From NCBI GenBank assembly GCA_043228905.1, contig JBHGNT010000015.1, positions 3,100,001-3,164,000 of the forward strand: 64,000 nucleotides of DNA, given 5' to 3'. The first letter of the stretch is position 1; every line of letters begins with the position of its first letter. Positions 1 to 13,800 of this stretch are shown piece by piece. The notes below the pieces were generated by a model that saw only the letters and a program-made list of their open reading frames with translations, had not been told where the DNA came from and did no database searches. The DNA is from Azolla caroliniana (taxonomy: Eukaryota; Plantae; Polypodiophyta). A program made the position numbers and the translations under genes.

Positions 1-419
1 ATACCTTTGACCTGCCTGCCAAACAAAGAAAGAAACCACCTTTGATCAGGAATTGTGCTCTTGCGTCTTCGGCTATTCAAAGCACGAAGCTCCTGGAAAG
101 AACCAGTGTTTCATTAATATACATTACACAAACACTTGCCTAAGCTTTACTGAAAGCCCAACAGAGAAATGTATGCTTTTAGTTCCTTCTTACAACCTCC
201 ATGAAGTATGCATAGCAAGTAAAACTTCCTTTCAGACAAGCTTGCTATTCCCATTCAAATTCAACATGTAGACGTCATGAGAATGGGCATCTTCACCATT
301 TGTACTGCCTACTCAAAATTTACCCAAAGCATGCATATCTTTGATGTGGGCCATTGGCCGAACCAAGCTTAAGAATCTTTCATCTTTTATCTATATATCA
401 CGTGGTCTGCCCTTTGTGA

Positions 420-1712
420 TTATGCATAGTAGTTCAGGTACCACTTAACAAACTTCTTCAACCCACTTTGCAAGTCTGTTGTCGGTTTGTATCCAAGCTC
501 CAAATGTGCAAGAGTAACATTGGCATGTGTGAATGGAACATCTCCGTTGCCCGGCATTGCCACCATATTCTTTTTTGCCTTGACCTTTAACAACCTTTCT
601 AATATGTTCACAAGATTGAGCACAGTCACAGGCGAAGTGTTACCCAAGTTGAAGATTCTATACTGCGCTGATCCCTTCTTCTTGCCTCCACTACCTGTGC
701 TTTTCTTCGCAGTATCGAGAGAAGCCACACAACCTCTCACAATATCATCAATGTATGTAAAATCGCGTGCCAGATCCGCCTCATTCAGTCCCTTATACAC
801 AGTTATTGGCTTACCCTGCAATATATCCCTCGTGAAAGAGAAGTATGCCATATCAGGGCGACCCCATGGACCATAAACAGTGAAGAACCTCAAGCCAGTT
901 ATAGAAAGCCCATAGATGTGATTATAGGTGTGTGTTATTTCCTCACCTGCCTTCTTTGTCGCTGCATACAAGCTAGCTGGTCTATCTGTTCTATCAAACT
1001 CTGAAAAAGGAACCTTTGTATTGAGCCCATACACAGAACTTGATGATGCCCATATAACCGCCGGCTGTGGATCAGCGGATTTGCAAGCTTCTAAAAGAGT
1101 AACCAACCCTGCAATGTTGCTGTGTACATAGGAAGAAGGGTTCTCCATGGCATATCGGACACCAGCTTGTGCAGCTAGATGCATCACATGGGTAAAATGT
1201 ACAATGTCAAAAAGCTTCTTTAGTAGGGCAGCGTCATTGATGTCGGCTTCAATAACAAAGATACCGTGACTCTCCACAAGAGCCCTTCTTGCCCTCTTGA
1301 GGGAAGGATCATAGTAACTGTTAAAATTATCTAGGCCAATAACCCCATCACCTCGTTTCTTCAAGGCGAGAGACACATGCATCCCAATGAATCCAGCTGC
1401 CCCGGTCACAAGCACAATGTTGCCATCAGTTCTCTTTGGCCGAGATGAATGTCTGACTTGTTTTTCCCATTGTGGCACTTCCCATGAAGATAGCTTCAAG
1501 GAAATTGTGTTGCTGTTATCACCATCTGAGAGATTATCCAACACAAGCACAACCAATATAAGCACGAGGCTAAAAAGTCCAATTAGCCAAGGGAATGGAT
1601 TGGACATAGCTGGCTGCCAACGATATAAAGACAGTCTTCCAAAATAATTGCTTCTCTCGATCTTGTCCTTCCCTGGAGTGGATGGGAAGTTGTCCAGTAC
1701 CAAAGGAGGCAT
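420..1712 (-). CDS. GAE: UDP-D-glucuronate 4-epimerase (GAE1-like), Golgi type II membrane SDR
   Basis: 430-aa ORF. N-terminal FPSTPGK motif typical of plant GAE1, one hydrophobic TM segment, Rossmann motif VLVTGAAGFIG, HLAAQAGVRYA, catalytic YAATK, RFFTVYGPWGRPDMAYF. Intronless CDS, as is usual for GAEs. Confidence 0.96.
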   Translation of the reverse strand: MPPLVLDNFPSTPGKDKIERSNYFGRLSLYRWQPAMSNPFPWLIGLFSLVLILVVLVLDNLSDGDNSNTISLKLSSWEVPQWEKQVRHSSRPKRTDGNIVLVTGAAGFIGMHVSLALKKRGDGVIGLDNFNSYYDPSLKRARRALVESHGIFVIEADINDAALLKKLFDIVHFTHVMHLAAQAGVRYAMENPSSYVHSNIAGLVTLLEACKSADPQPAVIWASSSSVYGLNTKVPFSEFDRTDRPASLYAATKKAGEEITHTYNHIYGLSITGLRFFTVYGPWGRPDMAYFSFTRDILQGKPITVYKGLNEADLARDFTYIDDIVRGCVASLDTAKKSTGSGGKKKGSAQYRIFNLGNTSPVTVLNLVNILERLLKVKAKKNMVAMPGNGDVPFTHANVTLAHLELGYKPTTDLQSGLKKFVKWYLNYYA

Positions 1713-1713
1713 G

Positions 1714-3143
1714 CTGTCAAAATTAATAATAAGATACCAATGAATTTCCTTTAGAAAACACCAAGTGATTTATCTGTAATCACCCAGACAAGAGATAAGT
1801 AGATACATATGGTTAATACACATATGCATGGTGTATATACATTCACATACACACGTATATGCAGGTAAATGTTTTACCAACAGCTAAATGACTTGCCAGT
1901 GTCAGATATATCACATGCAATGCATGCAATGTGTGTGATGTATGTACTTAATCACACAGACATGCATATATAAATTCATACTGCTGACACATACATACAT
2001 ACATACATACATACATACATACATACATACAACATATATATTATGGTACACACATATATTGCATGTTTATCCGCAGATAAATCGCTTGGTGGTGAAGGAA
2101 TGGAACTCGAAGATAAATTGCTTGAGATCATGGATTCAAACAAAATCTCAACATATCTACTTTCCACAACCCAAGGAGCAGTAACAGCAGTGAAAAATAT
2201 GTGTGAGTGATGTACTACCTACCATACATGCCATTTTCCGGGAAAGTCAAATGACAGTTTAAGGCATTATTCCTTGCTTACACGTCACTATGGTAGAGAG
2301 TCAATCTGGAGAAGCAATGAGCAGAGTGAATAAGGAGGAATATAAAATAGGTATTGTATTATCACCCAGATCACATGCATAAACCTCCCCTTCACTTGAT
2401 GAGGATCTATCTGGTCATATCTATGATGAATTAGATACATATATCAGATTACCAGCATTTCCTTCTTAGGGAATCCTTATAATAAAAACAAACCAATCCC
2501 TTATAGACATGGTGAAAAAGAAAGCAATCCCCTCCCCTGGTTCACATCCTCAATTCTAAAATTGTTTCTTTGCTTCAAATATTGCATCGAAAAGAAACTA
2601 ATTCCTCATATATGTGGTATAAAAGTAAAGAAGCCTTTGTTTACTTCATATTTTCACCTTCCAGGAAACATATTGCTTCATTGGTTAGATCAATGCAAGT
2701 CCTCCTATGCATGGAGGTACAATTAAAAAATGCCCTCATTTACATATTTATATATATATATATATATATATGTTGGGAAAAAATCTAACCAATCCTTGAT
2801 CTCACCTTCTAGAAAAGATGTTTAAGGAATTTTCTCATGTCATATTTCCCTGCACTGTTTGAGCTTCATTACTTCAGGTCACCAATCCATCAAATATAAA
2901 CAACGTGAAAGAGAAAGCAAACCTTCAATTTCATATCTTCACATTTTAAGCCAAAAGTTGTAGGCATCTTCTTCCACTAGAGTTCAACATTAAGCACAGG
3001 AAACATACATACATTCACACACATACATACATACATACCGAAAAACGGATGCAGAGAAAACTACCCAAAAACATCCTCAAGAGGTCAGCGTGTGTGGTGT
3101 AATCTCTCTATCTATCTCTCTCTAAAGACAAGAAGAAGATTAC
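1714..3143 (-). other. Predicted 5'UTR intron of GAE
   Basis: Minus strand: acceptor ttttgacag|cATG immediately before the start codon, and donor cacag|gtaatc at 3143. A CT/GA-rich leader lies upstream (3144-3520). Confidence 0.6.
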
Positions 3144-3537
3144 CTGTGCTTTCCTGCTGAGTGATGGCAAACAACAAATTTGAGCCAGAGAGAGAGAGAG
3201 AGAGATTTCTTTTGACTTACAAAGGAAGCAAAACAAAAGGAGAGAGATATATATACCCTTTTGTAATGCTAAGAAAGGAAGAAGAAAGAGGCATCCCACT
3301 CCCACTCCCCTTCTCCTCCACCCTCTTCTTCTCTCTCTTCTCCTTCTTCTTCTTCTGCTTCTTCTTCTTCTTCTTTTCTGCCCTGCCTCCTGCAGCTTCG
3401 TGTTCTTATTTTGTCTTCTTTTCCTTTCCTTGTTATCGTGCCCTGCACGATCCTCTCTCTCTCTCTCTCTCTCTCTGATACTCTGTTTCTTCTTCTTCTT
3501 CTTCTTCTTCCTCTTCCTCCCGTGTGAAGCGCCCCTA

Positions 3538-3556
3538 GACACGTGGCGCCACGTCA
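3538..3556. promoter_or_regulatory. Paired G-box/ACGT bZIP sites upstream of GAE
   Basis: GACACGTGGCGCCACGTCA: canonical GACACGTGGC G-box/ABRE abutting GCCACGTCA. The core ACGTGGCGCCACGT is a perfect 14-bp palindrome. Confidence 0.55.
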
Positions 3557-3654
3557 CCGACAGGATGACAGCTGGGCTTCCGTGAAAATGGATCCCCTCC
3601 TCCCGCCCCCTTCCCTTTATTCAATTATCTTGCCGTACGTTTTTTTTCCTTTTT

Positions 3655-4182
3655 AATATTTTATTTATTTATTTATTTATTTATGTGTGTATGTATGTAT
3701 GTATTTATTTATTTGTTTGTTTGTTTGTTTATTTATTTATTTATTTATGTATGTATGTTAATGTATGTATGTATTTATTTATTTATTTGTTTGTTTGTTT
3801 ATTTTTTTATTTATTTGTTGGTTTACTTATTTATTTATTTATTTGTTAGTTTAATTCTTTATTTATTTATTTATGTATTTATTTAATTGTTTATTTATTT
3901 ATGTATTTATTTAATTGTTTGTTTATTTATTTATTTATTTATTTGTTGGTTTAAGTCTTTATTTATTTATTTATTTGTTGGTTTAATTCTTTATTTATTT
4001 ATTTATTTGTTGGTTTTTTTTATTTTTTTATTTTTTTATTTTTTTATTTTTTTTTTATTTTTTTATTTTTTTATTTTTTTATTTTTTTATTTTTTTATTT
4101 TTTTATTTTTTTATTTTTTTATTTTTTTATTTTTTTATTTTTTTATTTTTTTATTTTTTTATTTATTTGTTTGTTTGTTTGT

Positions 4183-4221
<39 letters not shown>

Positions 4222-4330
4222 TTTGTTTGTTTATTTATCTATTTATTTGTTGGTTGGTTTGTCTTGTTTTGTTTTTTTGCTTTTTTGTTATTTTACTTAT
4301 TTTTTATTTTATTTTATTAATTTTTAGTGT
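3655..4330. repeat. Compound AT-rich microsatellite (TTTA)n/(TATG)n/(TTTTTTTA)n
   Basis: Directly visible tandem repeats; they explain the FIYL-rich spurious ORFs. Confidence 0.95.
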
Positions 4331-6222
4331 GTTTATTTATTTTACACATTCGCTTGTTTGCTCTATTTATTCGATAATTGCCTTTTTCATTTATTTGCTT
4401 ATCTTTTCAGTCCGTTTTAAGAAAAAAATACAAAAACAAATAACATTTGTCTATGTTTTGTTTCTTTTTGCAAAATCCATTTTGTCTTTATTTGGGAGCA
4501 AAGATTTATTGTAGGTTTTATTTAGCACACTTTAATTTTATTTATTATTTTTCTTTTTCTTTTGTTATTAGCCTGTTTTCTTTTTGTCTTACATTCTTTC
4601 TTCCTTTTATTTTTCTTTGTAATGGTTTTTGGTTGGAACTTGGAAGATATAACCAAAATGAAGAAAAGAGTTAAAAAGGCCTTCCCTTTTTGTTTTTTGT
4701 GTTTTGTCACCCAAAGCCTTAATATGCAGTTATTTGGAAACCCATCCTAATCCTCCTCTTCTACTTAAGAAGTCTCATTTTTTGTCCCTCACACAAAATA
4801 GCAGCGTCTCGGATCGGTACATTGACCTAAACTCGGATGCCATACAACCGTTTTGAGGGGGCCTATTACTCGAAAGCGGTTTTTATTGAATGGATAGCTC
4901 AATGTGAAAAAAAATAAAGTTCCCTTAGACTCGAAATCATGGTATGTCGAAATTTGGTGCAAATCGTAATGCACTTTTTGTCTAGGTTGTTGACATAAGT
5001 TCTCTCGCTTATAACTTCATGTGTTATTAGAAGCACATAAAGCGTAATGTTGTACATAACTTACTAGATAATGAACTTACTAGATAATGTATAGTTGCCT
5101 AAGTCTAACTCTTGTTGGGAATAAAAAAAGGTCATTTCATGACTTGATTACGTTCTTACATCATTTGAAGATGATTGGCTTTTGGAGCGACTAGATTTCC
5201 TCAAAACATAGGGTGCATAAAATTATGCTCAAAATCTTGCAATGTAGTAGTAAACTATACGTACAAATTCACAAAAAAACTTGTCCGACACATGTAACCT
5301 CTATCCACAAATCGAGGTTTTGTAAAACAATTGCTAAATTCATATGGGTGCTCAAGTAGCCACATGACAATTTAAAGAATAACAGTTGAAGGCTTTTGTC
5401 CCATATTGTAAAGTACAGAATTAATTTTTAGTGCAAGGGTGATGTTAAGCTTTCTAAACCTTAGGTTTGTGGAAGAGGACTTTGGAAAGCAATTTGTCAA
5501 TAGCCATTGCTAGTTAATTATTATTGTAATGATCTTGAGGTAAACATATGGTTGCTTGTGACAATCAATATAATAAAAGCCCAATAACTATCCATGACCA
5601 TAAAGTTATAATGCATATACTCAACCACTAATCCTTTTTTAAATCCTAATCGCATGTTACCATACAATATTTTGTTACAAATCAAATTAAGACTTCCTTG
5701 TAACAAAAATCATTAGGATGTACCTCCTCTACATGGACTCTCCTAAGCCATATACTTCCTATATGGGGAGTCCCCTAAACCATTTTGTGAAGCCTATCCC
5801 ATGTGAACTAACTTTTGGAGAAAGATAAGAATGCCTTACAAAATGGGTGCATGAAGAGTATATATGATTTGGGGAAAGCCCTTGGACTTCCCCCATCACT
5901 CCATTGTTGCATCGTTGCATGATCTTCATTTATACAACATACGCACATACAAGATCAGGAACCTACGATCGAAAAAAATTTGCATATTGAATTGATAAGA
6001 ATATGAGAGCCTCAAATCAACACATAAATGATACCACGGAGTCTCATCATTGGACAATTTAGGAGTCTGACAAGGCATATGCCATGAAAAAACTATAAGA
6101 AGCTAAAGGCACGCGAACATCGTCACCCAATCATGCATATGCAGTTCGTTGTTCAATCAATATTCAAAACTAAACTCTTGTATGGAACTTCAACTTAGTT
6201 GCCTGTTCTTACACAATATAGT

Positions 6223-6297
6223 ATACATACATACATACACACATACACACAAACAAACAACACATACATACATACATACATACATACATACATACAT

Positions 6298-6360
<63 letters not shown>
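6223..6360. repeat. (CATA)n-(CA)n microsatellite
   Basis: Directly visible. Confidence 0.95.
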
Positions 6361-6361
<1 letters not shown>

Positions 6362-6636
6362 TAGAAGCTCCTCTCGTGCCGATTCAAGACAAGATCACCA
6401 TCAACTTAATGGTGTGTTTAACGAAAGTGATCTCGACATAGTGAGTGTCAAGTGATACAAGTATGTATACTCTTCAATGAATGCCTGGGTTATGGTTTTT
6501 TTGCTTTTCTTTGCTTTTAGAGTTTTGCTTGTCTTTTTCTGATTACACGTTGGTGGAGGGGTATTTTGGGAATTAAATAAAAGTGAGCGAGCCAGCGAGC
6601 CAGCGGAAGGCTCCTCTGAAAACGCGAAGCTCGCGA

Positions 6637-9600
6637 ATGGCGCAGGAGGAGGTGCAGGGTCCGTCGCCCGTCGCTGAATCTGCTTCTGCTTCTGCTGCTG
6701 CTGCACGAAGGATGGTCGTCCTCATGGGAACATGCGGTAAACAAGACCTCCTTCCTCATCATTCCCTATCCCTTCCTCCTAGGACTTATTCACTGCATGT
6801 CATTCCGCTTCCATGTTTTTGATTCTTTATATTCATTTATGTATGTATGCATGTATGTATATTTATTTATGTATGTATATTTATTTATGCATGTATGTAT
6901 ATTTATGTATGTATGTATGTATGTATATTTATGTATGTATGCATGTATGTATATTTATTTATGTATGTATGTATGTATGTATGTATGTATGTATGTATGT
7001 ATGTATGTATGTATTTATTTATGTATGTATGTATGTATGTATGTGCATGTATCTCCTCTACATTGTCTGCATTATCATCTCCATGACATCAGCACCATTA
7101 TGCCACCATGGCCTCATGAGTACGTAAGTACGTACGCATGTATTTACGTACATGTATGTATCTTTTCTACGTTTTCTGCATTATCATCACCGTGATATCA
7201 GCACCATTATGCACCATGGCCTCTCAGGTACGTATGCATGCATGCATGCATGCATGTATGTATGTATGTATGTATGTATGTATGTATGTATGTATGTATG
7301 TATGTATGTATGTATGTATGTATGTATGTATGTATGTATGTATGTATGTATGTATGTATGTATGTGCATGTATCTCCTCTACATTGTCCGCATTATCATC
7401 ACCATGACATTCACCACCATTACGCCACCATGGCCTCACGAACATGACACCATTAAGTCATCACTGTCATCACCATCACGACATTATGGCTTATCATCAA
7501 CATCATGGGGATACTACCACCATCATTGTCATCATCACCATCATAACATCATCATGACATCACCATTAGCTTATCATCGTCTTCATCAGGATGGAGTGAC
7601 CACACCCTTCTCAAATGTGGAAGGTTCTATCCTGCCTCAGTTCGCTCTACAGAAGATCGCTTACGCCATTACAGCAACTATTTTCCATGTAAGTTGCTCT
7701 TTGCTTTCCAAGGTGGTTCCTTTAGATGTCCACACGATTATTTCCTTAGGTGTCTGCCAGGGAATGTTTCTTTAGATGGTTATCAGAAACAGGTTCTTCG
7801 GATGATTGTCATATTTGCTATGCAAGATATGTTTTTTTGGGTTATGTCTACTAGTTTTACTTAATCTCAAACATAATAATCTTTCTCTAATTGTAGAAGG
7901 TCTATAAATTGTGGAAAATTATGATTTTGATTATTGAATTTGCATTGTCAAAGCTCGAAATCAAGATGAGGTTAGGTGTTTGTAACTTCTTTGATTGCTT
8001 CCTTGTTGATTTGTTTTATGACAGGTGTAGAGGTGGATACATCTACTTATGCCATTCCATCAATACCCTCTGTGAAGTCATGGTTGTATTGTGTTCCAAA
8101 AGGATTCCTTTTTCATTTCAAAGCATTTGGTTTATTTTGCAGGTAATATACATTTAGATATTTTCTAGTTACTATACTGAAAGAGAGAAAATATGACGTC
8201 TAATTGTATGACACCAAAGCACCTCGTATGACACCAAAGCACATAGTATGAAAAAGATTGTGCTGTGAAGATCCAGCATATAGGAACATTACATTTATCT
8301 ATTCACACTTTTATCTTTCATTGTAAATTGTAGGATAGAGGACCTGTAGAGAAAAGTGGATTAGGAATTTAGTGCGTCCCTAATTATATCAAATCAGCAC
8401 CCACGCAACATGAGTGCAATATGCTACATTATGAAGAGGTAGTCTATCCAAGTACCTGTAGACTGTTATCACCGTCATAGAGCAGGCGTATTGTGGGGAC
8501 GGTGGAAACCATTCAGTTTGACATATAAGACTAGGCATAGAGAACAATCATACAATCATATGTATAGAAAGAGAAACAGAGACTGATGGTGAGGTTGATG
8601 ATATATTAACCGAAACATTTCAATTGGGGTGTGCTTTTTCTGTATAGTGTGATTGAGGAGGATAGCATGCTGAGATACCTCACATATCTTGTTGCTAAAG
8701 CCATTTTGGATTGTTATTTCCCAACATTGGGTATTTTAAACTGAAATTTTTTTATTGCCCTTTTGTGGGTTTTTGCTCAAAAAGCCAGAACTTTACTCTC
8801 TGCATTAGGTATTGGGGTCTATGGTACAGTTCAAGAACGAGAAATAGTTTCTTGGTTTATGGTACTATGGAGTGCTACACCAGGTATATAGGCTGAAAGG
8901 AAAATTGATTTGGTTGTTTTTGCAATTGAATTCTGCAGGCACCTTGTCCTCAGAAGAGTTGACTTTATATTAGTTAGACTTACAACACCGTAGAGGCTCC
9001 TCACAATTGTACTACGAATAGCAATGGTTTTTTATATTCTCATGTCTTTTTAATAAGAGAGAGACATTCTATATGTGCTCAATAGTTGGTAAAACTTGGC
9101 AAGAAGCTTTGTCATATTTTGAATGGGCAATATCATCGAGTATAGGCTGAAAGGAAAATTGATTTGGTTGTTTTTGCAATTGAATTCTGCAGGCACCTTG
9201 TCCTCAGAAGAGTTGACTTTATATTAGCTAGGCTTACAATACCGTAGAGGCTCCTCACAATTGTACTAAGAATAGCAATGGTTTTTTATATTCTCATGTC
9301 TTTTTAATAAGAGAGAGACATTCCATATGTGCTCAATAGTTGGTAAAACTTGGCAAGAAGCTTTGTCATATTTTGAATGGGCACCATCATCGAGTCGACA
9401 ACAATGTATTTCATTACAAAGGAATTACTTGTTTCTTCTAGTTTTTTATACCAGCAAGGAAAAGAGAAATTGGGAAGTTGTGCCAGCTCAAGGTGTTCGC
9501 ATCAAGCGCATGTCTATGTATTAGCGGAGTTTTGTCTCTATGTTAATATCATTTGCCAAGGGGTCCGAGCCACCATATACCCCGTTGATGACAAGTTGGG

Positions 9601-10819
9601 CAAGAGTGGTTGTCAATCACTCTTGAGGCGCTAACCTTGTTTACTCTAACCTCGTGAACCATCGCTCTCACCACAACTCTATTTAAGAAGTTAACTCATG
9701 CCTTATGGAGGCTTAAATGTTAAGTACACACACATTTAGAGGAAGAGATTACACATAATAGTTCTAACCACACCTTGATTAAGTAGAGAAGTCAACACAA
9801 CACATACAAAAGGAGGGGTGTTTAGGGTTTGGCTAAGTAGCACTTAGTCCTAGTTACTCAATTCACAACAAAAATGTATTGTATCATCATTGCAGGGTTT
9901 CATTATATTGGCTCTCAAACAAAGGGAAGATGGATTGGAATGTATGTAAGTTGGATTTAGGGTGGTAGAAAATGTTATAACGTAGTGGGCATTCCCAATT
10001 ACTATTTTTTGCTTTATTTGGAGAGTGAAGATTAGGATACCATTAGGTTCAACCTAGGATTGGGAATCTCGCACATGTTTCTTTTGTACAATTCCATTGG
10101 AAGATAGTATACACAGGTTTATTCAATGCCTTATTGCTCATACCATTTGGAAGTATTTATAAGAGATTTAGCAAGTTTTGACCCGTTGCTATTTGAGGCC
10201 GACATGTTCAAAATGGTTCAAATGATGGATGGAGATAATATTCCAATCTTTACATTATTGGGAGTTACAACATAATTGGAACATGCGTAAAGCTTTCATC
10301 TTTGATGATAGACAGAATTAAAAGCATATATTAGGAAGTTGAAAGTTGTTCTTATGTGGCACTTTTGGGTATCATTTCATCAATTGCATGTTCAAGTTTT
10401 TTGATGGTCCTCCACCTTAATAAAGAGGGTTAAACAATTGAAATGGTGGTTTTTACATGCAATTAATGTAATTGATTGCTTTACATACACACATTTTATT
10501 ATTGTCCTTGAATATCAAATATGACCTATGAGACCAAAAATATAACATTTTCACATAGTGCATGTGAAAGGGAGTAGCAACTCTCAATGTTCAAGAACTT
10601 TACTAATGAATGTCACAATCAAGGATGCACACCATGACTGTGAGAGATATTCGTGCAAGGATTGGGTTTGGTTGAAGATGTGTAGAAAGCATAGGCGGAT
10701 GTGATCAAAGGCTGAGCATTATATCAAAGTGTGATACTCAGACTCCTGAACTTGTTTAGGGCAAAGTGTGAATAGTCAATTACTCTCATCACTTGTACCC
10801 CAATGCTCTGTCTCACATC

Positions 10820-10866
<47 letters not shown>

Positions 10867-13800
10867 CATAGGAGGAAATTAGAATATTTCAAATATTTAT
10901 GCATAGCAGCAAGTCATGCCCTCTAGCATCACTTCCAGTTCACATCCGTAGCAAGGTCTCCCTGGAATGTCCAGAACAAGATTACATCCATCTTAATGGT
11001 ATGTCAGATACTATAAGGTGAGTTTCCATTTATTTAACATTTATAATTATATTTAATGTGGTGTTTTAAGTAAACTGTTCAAAGATATGCCCCTATAAAC
11101 ATGCGCTAGAAATGAGCTATGGGATATTTTCAACTCCACTCTTCATATCGCATATAGCACCGGAAATCTTGGTGTAATAGTTTTCCAGGTATCCTTATGC
11201 CTGATCTATTATTTTTTATGACCTTTTTCTCTACTGTATGCTGCAGTTTCATGAGCCTGCCTTTAATTATGATGGTATAGTTTCATCTGAATTTCAAACA
11301 TTCAAAAGAGAACCAAACACATGTCGAATGGTGCCGGCAAAATTTGGATCCATCTTACTCAATGGTATGCTTCATGCATTTTCTTAGTGCAAGTAAATAT
11401 TTAATGGTTGATTGACTCCTTTTATTAAGGTACAGATATTAATCTAACTAGGAGATGACAGAATTTTAGATTCTTGATAAGTCTATTGATGTTTATCGTT
11501 CTCCTGTAAAATGACGTTAAATAACATATATTTGACATACCTATATATCTATTTGGGAGTTGACTGTTGATTTTATTGATATGTCATCGAGCCATTCATT
11601 ATAACAGTGTTACTAGCACACCTAATTAGATGATTAAGAAATGTAACAATGAATTGAAGAACAAGATATATAATATATTGCAAAGAACAAAATGGGGCTA
11701 CAATATGTGACAATGGGATAATGTGGAAAATAGAGGGTATGCCATTCATGATAAGAGCAGTACTAGCACATATATGAAATGGTTAAGAAATCTAACAATG
11801 AGGTGAAGAACAATATGTATAATATATTGTTAGCAGAACATGGTTCTACGATAGTTGATGATGGCATTATCTCAAATATAGAGGGGTGTGGTGACTTTAT
11901 ATGGGTTGGGATGTGGAATCACAGTGGCTCCTCTTTTGGGCTTGGATATGGTTCATTGAATGCTATGGTATGCATTAACTATAAGGCCTAGGCTTTGATT
12001 GTAATAGAGAAGATTTGGAATCATGAGGGGGTTTATATAAATTTGAACTCTTCTGCTAGCATTGAGAATGATAAACATGCCCCTTAGAGTTGAGAATATG
12101 TACAAGGGTTTTTGGTGATGCAAATCATGGTGATGAGGCATCAAGTTTTTAAATTATTTCAGGCAGTGGAATTCCGATGTAGGGATTGGTTCAATGAACA
12201 ACATTTCGTCTCAACAACAGAGTGGTTGGAGAAATGGGGTATTGCACTTATTGCTGCGGTATGTGGATGCTCTCTAATGAAATGAATAATAGTACACCCT
12301 AAACCATGGTGATGGAAAACACTTATGTTGCAAAAGAAAATTTCAGGATGAATTGCTGCATGAGACTTTTCAAAAGGACAAACAACAAATTGGTCTATCA
12401 AAAGGACAGGTTTGTTGCAGTTATTCTTGTCATAAAATAAATGCATAAGTTACACAATTTATCATTATAGATAAAGGAGAGATTGCATATTATGTAATGT
12501 ATGATATCAGGAATACAGAAAATGTCCATTGGAGATGTCTAACATTGCATCATTCATTCTTCTGTTTTGACAAGAACTTTCTCCTTCTGCTATTTTTTTC
12601 ATAACAGATTGACTACCATGTTCCTTCTGTTTGCTTTGTTCTTTGTGTCTGTTTTCTATGTGGTCATTTTTTCCATTTTGATCCGAATTCCTTTCACAAC
12701 TGGGAGACAGCTTTTCAAGTTGCTGTGAAAAATGGATTGTCATAATTCTCTATGTTCTGCCAATGCTGCATTTCGGTGAAAAACTAAATGCAATAATTCT
12801 CTATGTCTCGGTGATTCTGGCTTAGCCAGCTTGTTTCGTGACGAGCCACTGAGTCGAAGTCTGTATCCTATTTCTCCCCCCCCCCCCCCTGTGGACCGGA
12901 TCAGAAATCCAGGTTCCGTGGGAATAAGATTTTACCACGGGAGCTTAGGGAGGTCAAGTTGTTATTACTTCCAACGGGAGTTACTCAGTAAGACGTATAC
13001 CAATGCTGCAAACTTTGTGTTAATTCTGTCCTAGTTTCCGAAACAGATACTAAGATTTTAATCTGATGATATATATATGTGACATCTCGTTAAATTTTTT
13101 GGTCAATGTGTAGGGATAGACTATAGTATCCAAATTTGCTGTTTATTAGTTTGTTCCTTTATGGAATATGTTAAGATTGTTGTCAGTGACTAACTCACCA
13201 AGTCATTCTTTTGAGTTGTGACCATTAATAATTAACTCATCATGATCAGTAGAGGAAAGGTTATATATACCATCATCTCAGTCAAATGATGTACTTCATA
13301 GAAGGGGTAGATAAGAAGCAGACCTTCTGAAAAAGAATTGGCCTCCACAATTCTTTTGGAAGATGGTTCTGTTTGGTGGCAAAAAGCCATGCTATTTTAT
13401 GAGTTATTTGAGCTGATAAAGATGAGGTCAAAGACAAAGTTAGGGGCTTGATGAAGAACACCAGAATAGTATTAAACAAAATAGTGCACCATTGCATGAA
13501 GGCACCTGACAAGGGTTTCCTTGATTACTAGCATCATTTGATGGTTTCCTTTGATTCCTCACATCTTGCATTTTAGATATTCTCTCGTAGCAAACGTTGT
13601 GTAGCTACTACATATCAGTGACCAACAATGTTTTCTCATCTTCTAGATTGAAGCTCAAAATTTCTTTCATTCCCTCTTCCTTTTTCAGAACAGAGTTATA
13701 TTACCAGTTGCTTGGGCACTAACGCAACCCAAATTTATGTACATAAGGCTACATAGAAGGGAGGTAAGCTGCATTTTTCTTGGTTATAGTGGATATTACT

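Noticed and set aside
5150-5750. Possible decayed DNA-transposon (CxC/KDZ-like) coding remnant on the minus strand
   Set aside because: Only vague motif resemblance across many stops and frameshifts; not supportable without a profile search.
6637-6740. Exon 1 VVLMGTCG as a gluconokinase or other P-loop start
   Set aside because: Splicing gives GTCGWSD (the DUF72 motif), not a GxxGxGKS P-loop.
3108-7775. Numerous ORFs rich in YVCM, FIYL, HTYI, RE or SL repeats
   Set aside because: They are translations of microsatellites.
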